Positions 18,148 to 29,453 of a stretch of DNA of 64,000 bases are shown one piece after another. Each line of letters opens with the position of its first letter. Within the stretch, counting starts at the first letter, position 1. The stretch covers positions 78,392-142,391 of the forward strand of contig JBIJDZ010000001.1 of assembly GCA_044343805.1 (NCBI GenBank), in the 5' to 3' direction. The notes under the pieces are model-generated. The model had not been told where the DNA came from. It searched no databases and was given only the letters and a program-made list of their open reading frames with translations. Origin of the DNA: Chthoniobacterales bacterium (GTDB lineage: Bacteria > Verrucomicrobiota > Verrucomicrobiia > Chthoniobacterales > JACTMZ01). Position numbers and translations under genes: made by a program.

Positions 18148-18894
18148 ATGGAAAACTATCCCTTAGCCCATGAACTCAATGCAGCCGATCTGGCTTCCCA
18201 TATGAATCCCTTGGAGCGGCGGATCGGATACAAGTTCCGCAACTCGCTGCTCCTGGCCGAAGCTCTGACTCACCCCAGCCTGTCGTTTGAGCGCAAGACT
18301 TTCCATTTCGACAACCAGCGGCTGGAATTTCTCGGCGATGCCGTTCTTCAGCTTGTCGTTACCCATCATCTTTACCGGCTTTTTCCGTCCTTCAATGAAG
18401 GACAAATGACCAAACTCCGTTCCCGCATCGTTTCGCGAGAGGGTTTGAAAATGCATGCAGTCGCTCTCGGCTTGGGCAATTACTTGATGCTCGGGCGAGG
18501 CGAGGAAGCAAACAACGGCCGGGAGCGGTCATCGACGCTTGCCGACGCCTTTGAAGCCTTGATCGGCGCCATGTATCTCGACAGCGACTTGGAGACAGTG
18601 CGACGCTTCATTCTCCGTGTCGCCGCCGACGAATTATCCGCTTTGGCCTGCGAGCCAGCCGAGCACAACCCCAAAGGCGAGCTGCAGGAAATCATCCAAT
18701 CCATTTCACCGCAAAGTCCCGCTTACGAAGTGGTTTCGGAATCCGGACCTGACCATCAGAAAGAATTCCTTTGCCGGGTTATTTGGGAGGGTCGGGAGCT
18801 GGGACGTGGCAGCGGACAAAGCAAGAAACAGGCGGAAATCAACGCCGCCGCAGACGCCTTGCAAGCACGTGCGTGGGAGCAATCCCCAGTTTGA
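18148..18894 (+). CDS. rnc: Ribonuclease III
   Basis: Has the RNase III signature ERLEFLGDAVLQLVV and a C-terminal dsRBD (GPDHQKEFLCRV...GSGQSKKQAEINAA). The ATG lies 4 nt after the rho stop. Confidence 0.9.
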   Translation: MENYPLAHELNAADLASHMNPLERRIGYKFRNSLLLAEALTHPSLSFERKTFHFDNQRLEFLGDAVLQLVVTHHLYRLFPSFNEGQMTKLRSRIVSREGLKMHAVALGLGNYLMLGRGEEANNGRERSSTLADAFEALIGAMYLDSDLETVRRFILRVAADELSALACEPAEHNPKGELQEIIQSISPQSPAYEVVSESGPDHQKEFLCRVIWEGRELGRGSGQSKKQAEINAAADALQARAWEQSPV

Positions 18895-18895
18895 T

Positions 18896-21800
18896 TTATC
18901 CTTTGTTCTGATATTCTTGGAGGCAGCGAACTTCGTAGCCGCCATCTTTCAGCGCCAGGATCGCCCGCGCACTCATCTTCGCGCCACGCAATGTGGTCAT
19001 GATCGGGATACGACTGGCTACGGCTGCACTGCGTATCACCACTTCGTCGCGACGGGGCACTTTGCCATGAGCTGTATTGATGATAAACTGCATTTCTCCG
19101 TTTTTTATCAGATCGAGCACATTGGGACGACCCTCGGTGAGACGATAGGTCAGAGTAGCCGGCACGCCCGCTTGCTGTAAAACTGACAAGGTTCCCTTGG
19201 TGGCGTAGACGGCAAACCCCGCATCGACAAATTTCTGAGCAATGGGGACCACCTGATTTTTGTCGGAGTCTTTCACGCTGATGAAAACGTTGCCGGAGGT
19301 GGGCAGCGGCGGCTGGGCGGACATTTGTGCTTTGGCGTAGGCAATCCCGAGGTCGGCATCAATCCCCATCACCTCGCCGGTCGAACGCATCTCCGGTCCC
19401 AGCGTGATATCAATCCCCGGAAACTTGATAAAGGGAAAGACCGCTTCTTTCACCGCATAGTGCTGTGGTACGACTTCGTCGAGAAAACCCAAATCTTTCA
19501 ACATATGACCCGCCATGACCTTGGCAGCAAGTTTGGCCAGAGGAACACCGATGGCTTTGCTGACATAGGGAATTGTTCTTGAGGCACGCGGATTCACCTC
19601 AAGGACATAAACCGTCTCGTCTTTCACCGCGAACTGGACGTTCATCAGACCCTTGACTTTAAGCTCTTTGGCCATGGCCTTGGCGGCCGAGCGAAGTTCA
19701 TCGAGAACTTTCTGCGACAGAGAAAAACTGGGAATCACGCACGCGCTATCGCCGCTGTGCACTCCGGCCTCCTCGATATGCTCCATCACTCCGCCGATCA
19801 TCGTGTCCGCGCCATCGCTCAGACAATCAACATCGACCTCGGTGGCATCCTCGAGAAAACGATCAACCAACACCGGGCGATCAGGGCTGGCCTTCACTGC
19901 CGTGCGGATATAGCGACGCAAGTCATCGGGGGTGTAAACGATTTCCATCGCTCGGCCGCCAAGAACAAAGGACGGACGCACCAGCACGGGATATCCGACC
20001 TTGTCGGCAACGGACAGCGCCTCCTCCTCGTTTGTCGCGGTGCCACCTTGGGTTGCCTGCAATCCCAGACGATCAAGCATCGCCGCAAAATGTTTGCGGT
20101 CTTCCGCCATTTCGATGCTGGCCGGAGAGGTTCCGATAATTTTGACACCGTTAGCTTCAAGTTCGGCGGCAAGGTTCAAAGGCGTCTGGCCGCCGAACTG
20201 CACTATCACTGCATCGCACTTTTCCCGTTCGTAGATGTTGAGAACATCCTCCAAGGTGAGCGGTTCGAAGTAGAGCTTGTCGCTCGTGTCGTAGTCGGTG
20301 GAGACTGTTTCCGGGTTTGAATTGACCATCACGGTCTCCCACCCCATCTCACTGAAAGCAAACGCGGCGTGGACGCAGCAGTAATCGAACTCTATCCCCT
20401 GCCCGATTCTGTTGGGACCGCCCCCCAATATCATCACGCGTTTTTTGTCTGTCGGACGGGTTTCGTCCTCATCCCCGTAGGTGGAGTAGTAGTAAGGTGT
20501 GTAAGCTTCGAACTCTGCCGCGCACGTATCGACAAGGCGATAGGTAGGCTCGACTCCGGCAGCCTGGCGCTCCCTCCTTACCAGCACCTCCGATGCTCCG
20601 GTCAGATAGGCAATTTGACGATCGGAGAAACCATGTCGCTTGATCCGTCTCCATGCAACCTTCGACAAATCTTTTGGACACGCTTTCTCCTCCGTCACGA
20701 TGGCCGCCAAGCCCTGTAAAAACCAGGGATCAATGCCGGTGATTTCATGGATTTTCGCCACACTCCAGCCGGCCAGCAAAGCGTGGCGGAGACTGAAAAT
20801 CCGTTCAGCTGTGGGAATGCGGATTTTCTGCTCCAAGGCTTGCTCGTCCAAAGAGCCATCCTCCCTAAGCGGTGGAGCATCCTTGCCGTCTGCCCCGAAT
20901 CCCGCCCGGCCGGTTTCAAGCGAGCGGAGTGCTTTCTGCATCGCTTCCTTGAATGTGCGACCGATGGCCATGGCCTCACCGACGCTTTTCATCTGCGTGG
21001 TCAGCACCGGGTCGGCCTGCGGGAATTTTTCGAAGGTGAAACGCGGTATTTTGACCACACAGTAGTCAATGGTCGGCTCGAAGCATGCCGGGGTTTCCCT
21101 CGTTATATCGTTGCGCAGCTCGTCCAAGGTGTAGCCGACGGCTAACTTCGCCGCAATTTTGGCAATGGGAAATCCGGTCGCTTTGGAAGCGAGCGCCGAT
21201 GAACGCGAAACGCGGGGATTCATCTCGATCACCACCATGCGCCCGGTCTTGGGACAAACGGCGAATTGGATGTTGGACCCGCCCGTTTCGACCCCGATGG
21301 CGCGGATGACAGCGAAAGAAGCATCGCGCATGGCCTGATATTCCTTGTCGGTCAAAGTCTGAATGGGCGCAACCGTGATGGAGTCGCCGGTGTGAACTCC
21401 CATCGGATCGAAGTTTTCGATGGAGCAAATAACGACGCAGTTGTCGGCGCGGTCGCGCATGACTTCTATTTCGAACTCTTTCCAGCCCAGCAGCGACTCT
21501 TCAATCAGCACTTCTTTGACCGGCGAAAGATCCAGGCCTCTGGCTACGATTTCCTCGAATTCTTCACGATTGTAAGCAATACCTCCCCCGCTACCCCCGA
21601 GCGTGTAGGCTGGACGAATGATCAAGGGGTAACTCCCGATTTGTGCCCCGACGGCGCGCGCCTCTTCAAGGTCATGAGCCACCCCGGACTGGGCGACGTC
21701 CAACCCTATATCGAGCATTGTCTGCTTGAAAATCAGGCGGTCCTCGCCGCGCTCGATCGCATCGGCTTTGGCGCCGATCAACTTGGTTCCCAACCTCTCC

Positions 21801-22123
21801 AAGACTCCGCTGCGATGCAACTCCATGGCTGCATTGAGTGCCGTCTGACCGCCGAGCGTCGGCAGAACCGCGTCGGGCTTTTCTCGGGCGATAATTTTTT
21901 CAATTACCTCGGCTGTGATCGGCTCGATGTATGTCCGGTCGGCAAATTCAGGATCCGTCATGATCGTCGCCGGGTTAGAGTTGACGAGCACGACCTCGTA
22001 GCCCTCTTCTCGGAGCGCCTTACAAGCTTGAACACCCGAGTAGTCGAACTCACAGCCTTGGCCGATTACGATGGGCCCCGATCCGATGATGAGAATTTTA
22101 TGCAGCGAGGTGTCTTTGGCCAT
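18896..22123 (-). CDS. carB: Carbamoyl-phosphate synthase large subunit
   Basis: The N-terminus is [22 protein letters not shown] with a second repeat [21 protein letters not shown]. It has a duplicated ATP-grasp architecture of about 1075 aa. The ATG at 22123 fits the canonical N-terminus. Confidence 0.95.
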   Translation of the reverse strand: MAKDTSLHKILIIGSGPIVIGQGCEFDYSGVQACKALREEGYEVVLVNSNPATIMTDPEFADRTYIEPITAEVIEKIIAREKPDAVLPTLGGQTALNAAMELHRSGVLERLGTKLIGAKADAIERGEDRLIFKQTMLDIGLDVAQSGVAHDLEEARAVGAQIGSYPLIIRPAYTLGGSGGGIAYNREEFEEIVARGLDLSPVKEVLIEESLLGWKEFEIEVMRDRADNCVVICSIENFDPMGVHTGDSITVAPIQTLTDKEYQAMRDASFAVIRAIGVETGGSNIQFAVCPKTGRMVVIEMNPRVSRSSALASKATGFPIAKIAAKLAVGYTLDELRNDITRETPACFEPTIDYCVVKIPRFTFEKFPQADPVLTTQMKSVGEAMAIGRTFKEAMQKALRSLETGRAGFGADGKDAPPLREDGSLDEQALEQKIRIPTAERIFSLRHALLAGWSVAKIHEITGIDPWFLQGLAAIVTEEKACPKDLSKVAWRRIKRHGFSDRQIAYLTGASEVLVRRERQAAGVEPTYRLVDTCAAEFEAYTPYYYSTYGDEDETRPTDKKRVMILGGGPNRIGQGIEFDYCCVHAAFAFSEMGWETVMVNSNPETVSTDYDTSDKLYFEPLTLEDVLNIYEREKCDAVIVQFGGQTPLNLAAELEANGVKIIGTSPASIEMAEDRKHFAAMLDRLGLQATQGGTATNEEEALSVADKVGYPVLVRPSFVLGGRAMEIVYTPDDLRRYIRTAVKASPDRPVLVDRFLEDATEVDVDCLSDGADTMIGGVMEHIEEAGVHSGDSACVIPSFSLSQKVLDELRSAAKAMAKELKVKGLMNVQFAVKDETVYVLEVNPRASRTIPYVSKAIGVPLAKLAAKVMAGHMLKDLGFLDEVVPQHYAVKEAVFPFIKFPGIDITLGPEMRSTGEVMGIDADLGIAYAKAQMSAQPPLPTSGNVFISVKDSDKNQVVPIAQKFVDAGFAVYATKGTLSVLQQAGVPATLTYRLTEGRPNVLDLIKNGEMQFIINTAHGKVPRRDEVVIRSAAVASRIPIMTTLRGAKMSARAILALKDGGYEVRCLQEYQNKG

Positions 22124-22239
22124 GGCGAGATTGAACGATTTGTTTATCTCCCAAGACGACTTTGTGCAATCCACGGATTGATCACCCCCCACGAATTGAG
22201 CCTTGCGCGAAATGGGCGTCGGGCTGAAGCTATCACTCG

Positions 22240-22503
22240 ATGATTGAAATTGAAGTGTATGCAGCGGGGTTGCGCAGCCCCGATAAGCTCATGGGATTGG
22301 ACCTTGAACTGGGGACAATTTCTGGCCTTCGCTACAAGGTCGACACACTGCACGATGTTATGTTTCTCGAATCGGACGAAACCCTCCCCTCCTTGGAAGA
22401 AATACGCTGTATTTTCAGCAAGTTGGGGCTGCAGGCCCGCTTCGTCGGCCAATCCCTCGGTGCGACACGCTCCACCACGGCTACACGTTTAATCAGACCA
22501 TAG
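22240..22503 (+). CDS. Small hypothetical protein (87 aa) immediately upstream of mlaE
   Basis: Has an ATG start and ends 14 nt before mlaE on the same strand. The predicted beta-alpha-beta-beta-alpha-beta pattern carries no recognisable motif. Coding status is not proven. Confidence 0.35.
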   Translation: MIEIEVYAAGLRSPDKLMGLDLELGTISGLRYKVDTLHDVMFLESDETLPSLEEIRCIFSKLGLQARFVGQSLGATRSTTATRLIRP

Positions 22504-22517
22504 GCAAGTAGCGCGAC

Positions 22518-23306
22518 ATGACGTTAGCCCGTTACACTGGCAGCATCATATTCTCCTTCGCCCGCTACTTGGGTGAACTTTTTTTACTGGCCTCCGAAAC
22601 CATTCGAGGCATCGCGCATGGTCAGGTGCGCTACCGCCTCGTTATTCATCAAATCTACGAAATCGGGTACCGCTCGCAACTGGTGGTCTTGATCACCGGC
22701 GCTTTCACTGGCGCGGTGTTTGCCACGCAGACTTTTTTCCAATTCCACCGCCTGCAAATGGATACCGCTGTGGGACCTGTCGTCAGCGTCTCGATGTTTC
22801 GCGAACTTGGACCGGTGCTTTGCGGGCTGATGGTGGCCGGTCGCGTCGGCGCCGCGATGTCGGCCGAGTTGGGCACAATGAAAGTCACCGAGCAACTCGA
22901 TGCCCTGCGCGCCTTGGCAGTTCATCCGGTGGACTACCTCGTCGTGCCGCGGTTCCTCGCCATGCTTGTTTCGATGCCGCTGCTTGTCGCCGAATGCATC
23001 GCGATCGGCATCTTGGCCGCATATGTCGTAACAACGCAGATCCTCGGCGTTTCCGAGGTATACTACCTCCATAATATGCTCCACTTCACCGGCGGAAGGG
23101 ATGTCGCGATGGGCTTGATCAAAGGAATGGTTTTCGGTGTCGTTATCGTGTTCATCAGCTGCCATCAGGGGCTCAACGCCAAGGAAGGAGCAGTGGGCGT
23201 CGGTCGCGCGACGACCGAAGCCGTTGTCATCGGCTCTCTCTTTATTCTCATCGTGAACTTTTTTCTGACGATGACGCTCAACATTTTCTTTCCCGCAGGC
23301 AAATGA
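22518..23306 (+). CDS. mlaE: MlaE-family ABC transporter permease
   Basis: Has the MlaE-like pattern (IYEIGYRSQLVVLITGAFTGAVFATQ, MSAELGTMKVTEQLDAL). It is followed by overlapping mlaF. Confidence 0.85.
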   Translation: MTLARYTGSIIFSFARYLGELFLLASETIRGIAHGQVRYRLVIHQIYEIGYRSQLVVLITGAFTGAVFATQTFFQFHRLQMDTAVGPVVSVSMFRELGPVLCGLMVAGRVGAAMSAELGTMKVTEQLDALRALAVHPVDYLVVPRFLAMLVSMPLLVAECIAIGILAAYVVTTQILGVSEVYYLHNMLHFTGGRDVAMGLIKGMVFGVVIVFISCHQGLNAKEGAVGVGRATTEAVVIGSLFILIVNFFLTMTLNIFFPAGK

Positions 23307-24067
23307 GCCAGCATCACCAACCGCGCGTGGCCATCTCGGTCGAGAACCTGGTTCAGACACTCGGGGGACAAGAAATCCTGCGCGGGTTCAGCCTCAAGGT
23401 TTATGAGGGGGAAACCCTCGTTCTCCTCGGTCGGAGCGGAGGGGGTAAAAGCGTGTTTCTCCGGCACTTGATCGGCCTCATCCAGCCCGTCAGCGGCTCT
23501 ATTACTGTTGACGGTCACAATGTCGCCCAACTCAAGGAAAGAGAACTCACTCCTGTGCGTCGGTGCATGGGCATACTCTTCCAAAACGGCGCGCTCTTCG
23601 ACTCGATGACCGTGGCTGACAACGTAGCCTTCCCCCTCCGTGAGCGAGGGGAAACGGACGAAACTCTTATCGTGGAAAAAGTCAGGAATGCTTTGCAGAT
23701 GGTTGACCTTGACGGCCAGCAATCAAAAATGCCGGTCAACCTCAGCGGGGGCATGCGAAAACGGGTTGCCCTTGCCCGCGCACTCATCAACCAACCTCGC
23801 TGCATGCTTTACGACGAGCCGACAGCAGGACTCGACCCCATCGTGGCCGACAGCATCGACCTCCTTATCCGTCGACTGCAACGCAAACTCGGCGTCACCT
23901 CCATTGTTGTCACCCACGACATGAAAAGCACCCTCACCATTGCTGACCACGTGGCTCTCTTGCACGAAGGACGTTGCTACTTTTACGGCACCTGCGATCA
24001 ATTGCGCGCCTCGACGGATCCGGTCATCCGTGATTTTGTGGAGGGGCGCTCACACGAAGAACCCTGA
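23303..24067 (+). CDS. mlaF: MlaF-family ABC transporter ATP-binding protein
   Basis: Has Walker A (LLGRSGGGKS), the ABC signature (LSGGMRKRVALARAL) and Walker B (MLYDEPTAGLD). Its start overlaps the mlaE stop by 4 nt. Confidence 0.85.
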   Translation: MSQHHQPRVAISVENLVQTLGGQEILRGFSLKVYEGETLVLLGRSGGGKSVFLRHLIGLIQPVSGSITVDGHNVAQLKERELTPVRRCMGILFQNGALFDSMTVADNVAFPLRERGETDETLIVEKVRNALQMVDLDGQQSKMPVNLSGGMRKRVALARALINQPRCMLYDEPTAGLDPIVADSIDLLIRRLQRKLGVTSIVVTHDMKSTLTIADHVALLHEGRCYFYGTCDQLRASTDPVIRDFVEGRSHEEP

Positions 24068-24070
24068 ACC

Positions 24071-24877
24071 ATGTACAACCGCGATTCCCGCATAGAAACC
24101 AAAGTCGGCTTATTTGTACTCCTCGGCCTCGCTGTCGTGGCGATCACCGTCGTTTACTTCGGGCGCCTCGGTCAGGGACTGCAGAAATTTTACGACCTGC
24201 AAGTTGACTTTCCCAACGCCAGCGGATTGCTCGCCGGAGCCGACGTGCTCCTCGGTGGGGCCCGTATCGGCTACGTGTCAAAACAACCCCGCGTGCTTCC
24301 GGCCATGCAGGGCGTGGCGGTGGAATTGAAAATTCAAGATGACGTCGCCCTCCCAGCCGAATCCCGTTTTATTATCGGCAGCTCCGGTTTGCTCGGTAAC
24401 CGTTTTGTCGACGTGCTTGTTGATCCGGATGTCGACTTGGAAAAAAAGTTGGAACCCGGTTCCATTGTTCAAGGCCAGCGAGAGACGGGCATCGAAGATC
24501 TGACCCGCGAAAGCAGCGAGATGCTTGCCGACATCCGCAAAGCGGTCAACACCATCAACACCGCACTGGACCGCCTCAACGAAACAGCCTTGAGCGAGCA
24601 ATCACTGGAAGACCTGCGCGCGTCCATCGCCAATCTCAAGAGCGGCAGCGCAGGCTTCACGGAGATCGGCAAAGCCTCGAAAGATCTCGAAGCAGCCGCG
24701 GCCGATGCCCGCAAGATTCTTTCGGCCGCCCGCACCGGCCCGGGAGTTCTTCCCATGTTGTTGAACGATCGTCAAACAGCCGGCGATTTTCGTGCGATCC
24801 TCTCCAACGTTCGCCGGCATGGCGTGCTTTGGTACAAAGACTCTTACCGTCCCGAATCCGCCGCCCCAGCACGCTGA
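24071..24877 (+). CDS. mlaD: MlaD/MCE-family substrate-binding protein with a C-terminal helical extension
   Basis: Has an N-terminal TM anchor and an MCE-domain pattern (FPNASGLLAGADVLLGGARIGYV). It starts 3 nt after mlaF. Confidence 0.8.
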   Translation: MYNRDSRIETKVGLFVLLGLAVVAITVVYFGRLGQGLQKFYDLQVDFPNASGLLAGADVLLGGARIGYVSKQPRVLPAMQGVAVELKIQDDVALPAESRFIIGSSGLLGNRFVDVLVDPDVDLEKKLEPGSIVQGQRETGIEDLTRESSEMLADIRKAVNTINTALDRLNETALSEQSLEDLRASIANLKSGSAGFTEIGKASKDLEAAAADARKILSAARTGPGVLPMLLNDRQTAGDFRAILSNVRRHGVLWYKDSYRPESAAPAR

Positions 24878-24884
24878 TCACTGA

Positions 24885-25382
24885 TCAGGGAGGCGCCTCC
24901 AACCGTGTGCGCGGCAAAGGACGCACTTCGTCATTTACGTAGTGCACAATTCGCATCTCAGGCGTCTCTCTCAGCACGGCCGAGAAACGGAACAGGTCTT
25001 CAAAGACCGGAAATTTGCGGTCGCCTTCCACTTCGCGCCGCACCTCCGTGAGATACAAATCCCGGCAATACGGCAAAGCGGCCCGGTAAATTTCCGACCC
25101 GCCCACGACAAAAATCTCACCTTGCACCCGGGCCATCGCCAAACCGCTTAAATCCCGGATGACTTGAGCTCCGGGAATTTGCCAGTGCTCTTGTCGACTC
25201 ATCACAATCGTCACCCTTCCGGGCAGCGGTCGCCCGATCGAATCAAACGTAACGCGCCCCATGAGCAAAGTTCCGCCGGTGGTCAGCTCTTTAAACCACC
25301 GCAAGTCCTCGGGAAGATGCCAAGGAATCTGTCCGTCCGCACCAATGACGCGGTTGGCGGACATAGCGGCAACCGCAATCAT
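24885..25382 (-). CDS. folA: Dihydrofolate reductase
   Basis: Contains [45 protein letters not shown]. It overlaps thyA by 4 nt. Confidence 0.9.
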   Translation of the reverse strand: MIAVAAMSANRVIGADGQIPWHLPEDLRWFKELTTGGTLLMGRVTFDSIGRPLPGRVTIVMSRQEHWQIPGAQVIRDLSGLAMARVQGEIFVVGGSEIYRAALPYCRDLYLTEVRREVEGDRKFPVFEDLFRFSAVLRETPEMRIVHYVNDEVRPLPRTRLEAPP

Positions 25383-26197
25383 ACAGCCACCGGCGCCTTG
25401 ATCGCCGGATGTGGATCGTATCCCTCAAGGGTGAAATCCTCATAAACAAACTCCTCCAAAGCCCGCCGCGCCGGGTTCAGCCTCATACGCGGCAGCGGCC
25501 TCGGCACCCGCGACAGTTGTTCGCGGGCCTGCTGGAGGTGGTTGGAGTAAAGATGCAAGTCCCCGAAAGTATGTACGAACTCGCCCGGCTTCAACCCGCA
25601 GACCTGGGCAATCATCAGCGTAAGCAAGGCATAGGATGCGATATTGAAAGGCACTCCGAGAAACAAATCCGCGCTGCGCTGGTAAAGCTGACAGCTCAAC
25701 TCCTCACCGCAGACATGGAATTGGAACATCGCGTGGCATGGAGGAAGTGCCATCAAGTGCAATTCGCCAGGATTCCACGCGGAAACCATGATTCGCCTGC
25801 TGTCCGGGCTGGTGCGGATCAAACGAACCGCCTCAGCTATTTGATCCACTGTTCTTCCGTCCACCCCCCGCCAACTGCGCCATTGCGCACCATAGACACG
25901 ACCCAAGTCCCCATTGTCATCCGCCCACTCGTCCCAGATAGTCACTCCGTGCTCGTGCAGATAGCGCGTGTTCGTGTCACCACGCAGAAACCATAGCAAC
26001 TCATGAATGATTGACCGCAAGTGCACCTTTTTCGTTGTGACCAGCGGAAATGTCTCCCGCAGGTCGAAACGCGCCTGTGCCCCGAAGACGCCGATGGTTC
26101 CCGTGCCGGTGCGATCGGAGCGGGGGGCACCGTTCTCCAGCACCAGCTTCAGCAAACGATGATACTCTTGCACGGCGGATACATTTACCCGCTGCAC
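25379..26197 (-). CDS. thyA: Thymidylate synthase (ThyA type)
   Basis: Motifs present are [24 protein letters not shown] and DLHLYSNH. Confidence 0.95.
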   Translation of the reverse strand: MQRVNVSAVQEYHRLLKLVLENGAPRSDRTGTGTIGVFGAQARFDLRETFPLVTTKKVHLRSIIHELLWFLRGDTNTRYLHEHGVTIWDEWADDNGDLGRVYGAQWRSWRGVDGRTVDQIAEAVRLIRTSPDSRRIMVSAWNPGELHLMALPPCHAMFQFHVCGEELSCQLYQRSADLFLGVPFNIASYALLTLMIAQVCGLKPGEFVHTFGDLHLYSNHLQQAREQLSRVPRPLPRMRLNPARRALEEFVYEDFTLEGYDPHPAIKAPVAV

Positions 26198-26247
26198 CCT
26201 GTTAGGTGAATCAGGAAAACACGGTAGGTTTGCTCTGGGCCCAGCGC

Positions 26248-27048
26248 ATGGTTAGGATCCGGCCCATCGTGGAACTGATTGTCTTGGGCAGCGGCAGCAA
26301 TGGAAACACGGCCGTCGTGCGCGGGGGTGGCACCACCATTCTTCTCGACGCGGGTTTGAGCGCCCGCAAAACCTTCACGCGTCTGGCTGATGCGGGTATC
26401 GAGCCGGGTGAGGTCGACGCCGTCTTACTGACCCATGAGCACGGTGACCACACAAGCGGTCTCCCCGTCCTGATGCGCTCTCTCCGTTGCCCGATTTACG
26501 CAACCCGTCTTACCGCCGACCACCTGCGCGAACAAGCCCCGCGCAACTTGGTTGCCTCATGGCAGATTTTCTCCACCGGCAGCAGCTTCGTCCTCGGCTC
26601 CATTGAGATTACCGCTTTTTCTGTTCCCCATGATGCCGCCGACCCGGTCGGCTTCACCTTGCGATGTGCGGATGTTGCTCTCGGCGTGCTGACAGACCTC
26701 GGTCATGTGAACCACTCGGTTATCCATCATGTCTCCGGCATCCACTGTCTTTTTGTCGAGGCGAACCATGACGAGCAAATGCTCCATGCCGACACCAAGC
26801 GTCCCTTCTCCATTAAGCAGCGAATTCTTTCCCCGCATGGACATTTGTCCAACAAAGCCGCCGCCGATCTGGCCAGCCGAATTTGCTCGCCCTCTTTGCA
26901 GCACGTTGTGCTTGGACATTTAAGCCGCGACTGCAATGCCCCCGAGCTAGCGGTGGCCGCTGTCTCTGCAGCTCTTGACGGCGCCGAAATACCTGTGAGC
27001 TGCGCCGGCCAAGACACCATTCACCCGTCCATCCGCATCGGAATTTGA
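26248..27048 (+). CDS. MBL-fold metallo-hydrolase
   Basis: Has [13 protein letters not shown] and the HEHGDH metal-binding motif. The start is uncertain: the track start at 26206 lies only 8 nt from the divergent thyA start, and an internal ATG is at 26248. Confidence 0.75.
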   Translation: MVRIRPIVELIVLGSGSNGNTAVVRGGGTTILLDAGLSARKTFTRLADAGIEPGEVDAVLLTHEHGDHTSGLPVLMRSLRCPIYATRLTADHLREQAPRNLVASWQIFSTGSSFVLGSIEITAFSVPHDAADPVGFTLRCADVALGVLTDLGHVNHSVIHHVSGIHCLFVEANHDEQMLHADTKRPFSIKQRILSPHGHLSNKAAADLASRICSPSLQHVVLGHLSRDCNAPELAVAAVSAALDGAEIPVSCAGQDTIHPSIRIGI

Positions 27049-27109
27049 GGCGGTGACGCAAAAAAACTGGCGGGACGTTCCCGAAGAGCCTACGAAGTCA
27101 CCGGTCCGT

Positions 27110-27469
27110 ATGACCTTTTGTCTGCTTAAATCCAAAATCCACCGTGCCACGGTCACCGGTGCCTCCGTTGACTATGAGGGAAGCCTCACCATTGCCGCCG
27201 ATCTGGCGGAGAGTGTCGGGCTGCGGCGCTACGAAAAAATCCTGGTGGGCAACATGGGCAATGGAGAACGGTTCGAGACTTACGTCATCTATGGGGCTCC
27301 CGGCTCCCGATGCATCGAACTCAATGGTGCGACCGCGCATCTCGGCAAGATCGGGGACCGTCTTACGATCATGTCCTACGCGTGGGTGGATCAGGCACTG
27401 GCCGAAAATTGGAAACCCAGAGTGATCGTTTTGGATGAAGACAACGTCCCCCTAGCAAAGCAAGCCTGA
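27110..27469 (+). CDS. panD: Aspartate 1-decarboxylase
   Basis: Begins MTFCLLKSKIHRATVTGASVDYEGSLTI, where Gly-Ser is the self-processing site. Its length from the ATG at 27110 is typical at about 119 aa. Confidence 0.9.
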   Translation: MTFCLLKSKIHRATVTGASVDYEGSLTIAADLAESVGLRRYEKILVGNMGNGERFETYVIYGAPGSRCIELNGATAHLGKIGDRLTIMSYAWVDQALAENWKPRVIVLDEDNVPLAKQA

Positions 27470-27486
27470 AGCCTTTCGTTTGCCTC

Positions 27487-27906
27487 TCAGGCCTGCCCGC
27501 GCCAGAGCAGGTAGCACCAGTTCGCCAGCAACCCGCCAGCCAAAATCCACCGGCACACTACTGCGGACATCCATGACGGGCGCCAGGGAGACAAGCGAAA
27601 GCTCACCACCAGTGCAGAATAAATGGCGAGCAGCGCAATCACGGCCATCCCGAGCACGGCGCCTGGATTCATTAGGAGCGCATCATGCCATTCGCCGGAT
27701 ATCAGCAATACAAGGGCTCTCGTCCCACCGCAGCCCGAACAGGGAATGCCGGTGCAGCTTTTCCACGCACAGATCCAAAGGGGAAAGCCTGACACGGCAA
27801 AAAAGGCCAGAAACGCAGCCGAGGCCACCAAAGACGCGCTGATAACAAGCATGATACGCTCAAGCTGTGTCTGCGCGGACCAAGGCAATGGCGGAGGCAG
27901 ACTCAT
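27487..27906 (-). CDS. DUF2752-like small membrane protein
   Basis: Has a Cys cluster (CTGIPCSGCGGTRA) between TM helices, as in DUF2752. Its start abuts the stop of the upstream GYF-Yip1 gene. Confidence 0.6.
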   Translation of the reverse strand: MSLPPPLPWSAQTQLERIMLVISASLVASAAFLAFFAVSGFPLWICAWKSCTGIPCSGCGGTRALVLLISGEWHDALLMNPGAVLGMAVIALLAIYSALVVSFRLSPWRPSWMSAVVCRWILAGGLLANWCYLLWRGQA

Positions 27907-28773
27907 TCAGGGCTTGCCCGCAGACTCCATTAGCGCGGCCATTCCCCCGGCCGCCGACACTGCTGCAAAAACGCCGGCGATGAGCAATCCGCAGCAAACA
28001 ATCGTCGGCAAAAGCACAGCCACCGCCGCACGCCCGGCTCCGATGCCGTGAACTCGTGAAAGGCCGATGATCATCAAGACAAGCCCCCAAACCGAGGCCA
28101 GTAGCCCACCGCAGAAAGGAAGCAACTGGAGAACGGATGTCGAACCATGGGCGTAGCAGACAACCCGGAACGTAGCTTCAAAGGGCCGACGGGCTCCGCC
28201 GACAATCATGAGAGCCAAATGGGTGATGCCACTCGAAACAAACGCCATGGCCGCGAGAAACATCGGCATCAGCATGATCACTACCCCGATCCCGATAGTT
28301 GTTCCGAGAAAAGCCGCCGCTGCATTCTCCGAAGCGCCCGATCCGGACTGTATCGAATTGAAAACAACCTGATAAAAAACGCTCACCAGCCCGCATACCG
28401 TTCCGACGATAACGTAGAAAAACAATGGCGCGCCCAATCCTCCGGTCTGGCGCAAGCTGGCGAAACTTTTGCCCGGCTCGAAGAGAATCGCACGGATGGT
28501 TTCGAGCAAAGCCGTGATGAAGCCGGTCTCCGCGCGATGCTCCCAAGCCGGTCCGTTGAGCAAAGCCGGCGGCCTGGCCTCATTCGGTTCGGTGGTCGCG
28601 GGCGCAATTTCATCGATCACTTCCGCCAGCGGACGCCAAATCTCCATGCCGTCTCGCCAAGCCAAATCTGTTCCGGTGAATTTGCCTTCCTGGTAGCCGG
28701 CACGGACTTCCTCCGGGGTGAATTGACCGAGCGATTGGCCTCCGCGATTTAAATGGATTTTCATCCAAGCCAT
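27907..28773 (-). CDS. GYF_2 (DUF4339)-like N-terminal domain fused to a Yip1-like five-TM domain
   Basis: The N-terminus is WMKIHLNRGGQSLGQFTPEEVRAGYQEGKFTGTDLAWRDGMEIWRPLAEV (GYF_2-like). A linker and a Yip1-like polytopic region follow. ATG candidates are at 28773 and 28764. The 28878 start in the track is an upstream extension. Confidence 0.6.
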   Translation of the reverse strand: MAWMKIHLNRGGQSLGQFTPEEVRAGYQEGKFTGTDLAWRDGMEIWRPLAEVIDEIAPATTEPNEARPPALLNGPAWEHRAETGFITALLETIRAILFEPGKSFASLRQTGGLGAPLFFYVIVGTVCGLVSVFYQVVFNSIQSGSGASENAAAAFLGTTIGIGVVIMLMPMFLAAMAFVSSGITHLALMIVGGARRPFEATFRVVCYAHGSTSVLQLLPFCGGLLASVWGLVLMIIGLSRVHGIGAGRAAVAVLLPTIVCCGLLIAGVFAAVSAAGGMAALMESAGKP

Positions 28774-28871
28774 TAGCCACGCACCTCTGGCGAGCGTCAA
28801 CTCCGAACTCTCCCATGTTAGGCCGGAAGCAGAGGTTGATTTTCCTGCGACACCCGCCCAGCATCTTTGCC

Positions 28872-29426
28872 ATGCCAACTCCTTCCAACAATCTGCGTGT
28901 CGGTGAATTCTCGCTGCCGTCTTTTGCTTTGCCCGACGTCGTCACCGGCCAGTCTGTGCAGGCGGAAACCTTCAAAGACGCGAATGCCCTCGTGGTCATT
29001 TTTCTTTGCCGGCACTGTCCTTACGTCGTTCATGTGCTACCCGCTTTGCACAAACTCGCCCTTGAGTATCTGTCCCGAGACGTGGCGTTTGTCGGAATCA
29101 GCGCGAACGACTCGTCAACCTACCCGGAGGATGCCCCCGATAAACTCAAAGAAATGGCGATCGACAAGAATACCCCGTTTCCGATTCTTCACGACGCTTC
29201 GCAGGATGTGGCGAGGTCATTCCAAGCGGCCTGCACTCCCGAGTTTTTTGTCTTCGACGGCCATCGCAAGCTTTTCTATCACGGCCGCATGGATGCCAGC
29301 ACGCCCGGCAACAATCTTCCCTGCACTGGAGACGACCTGCGGCATGCCCTCGAGTGTTTGCTGGCCGGCCAGAACGCTCCTGCCACGCAATACCCCAGCA
29401 TGGGCTGCAGCATCAAATGGAAATAG
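28872..29426 (+). CDS. Thioredoxin-fold protein (AhpC/TSA-like redoxin)
   Basis: Has a CxxC in the typical context (VVIFLCRHCPYVV) and the size of a redoxin fold. The ATG is at 28872. Confidence 0.7.
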   Translation: MPTPSNNLRVGEFSLPSFALPDVVTGQSVQAETFKDANALVVIFLCRHCPYVVHVLPALHKLALEYLSRDVAFVGISANDSSTYPEDAPDKLKEMAIDKNTPFPILHDASQDVARSFQAACTPEFFVFDGHRKLFYHGRMDASTPGNNLPCTGDDLRHALECLLAGQNAPATQYPSMGCSIKWK

Positions 29427-29453
29427 CCGCCCGCGCCAATATCAAGTTGATCC

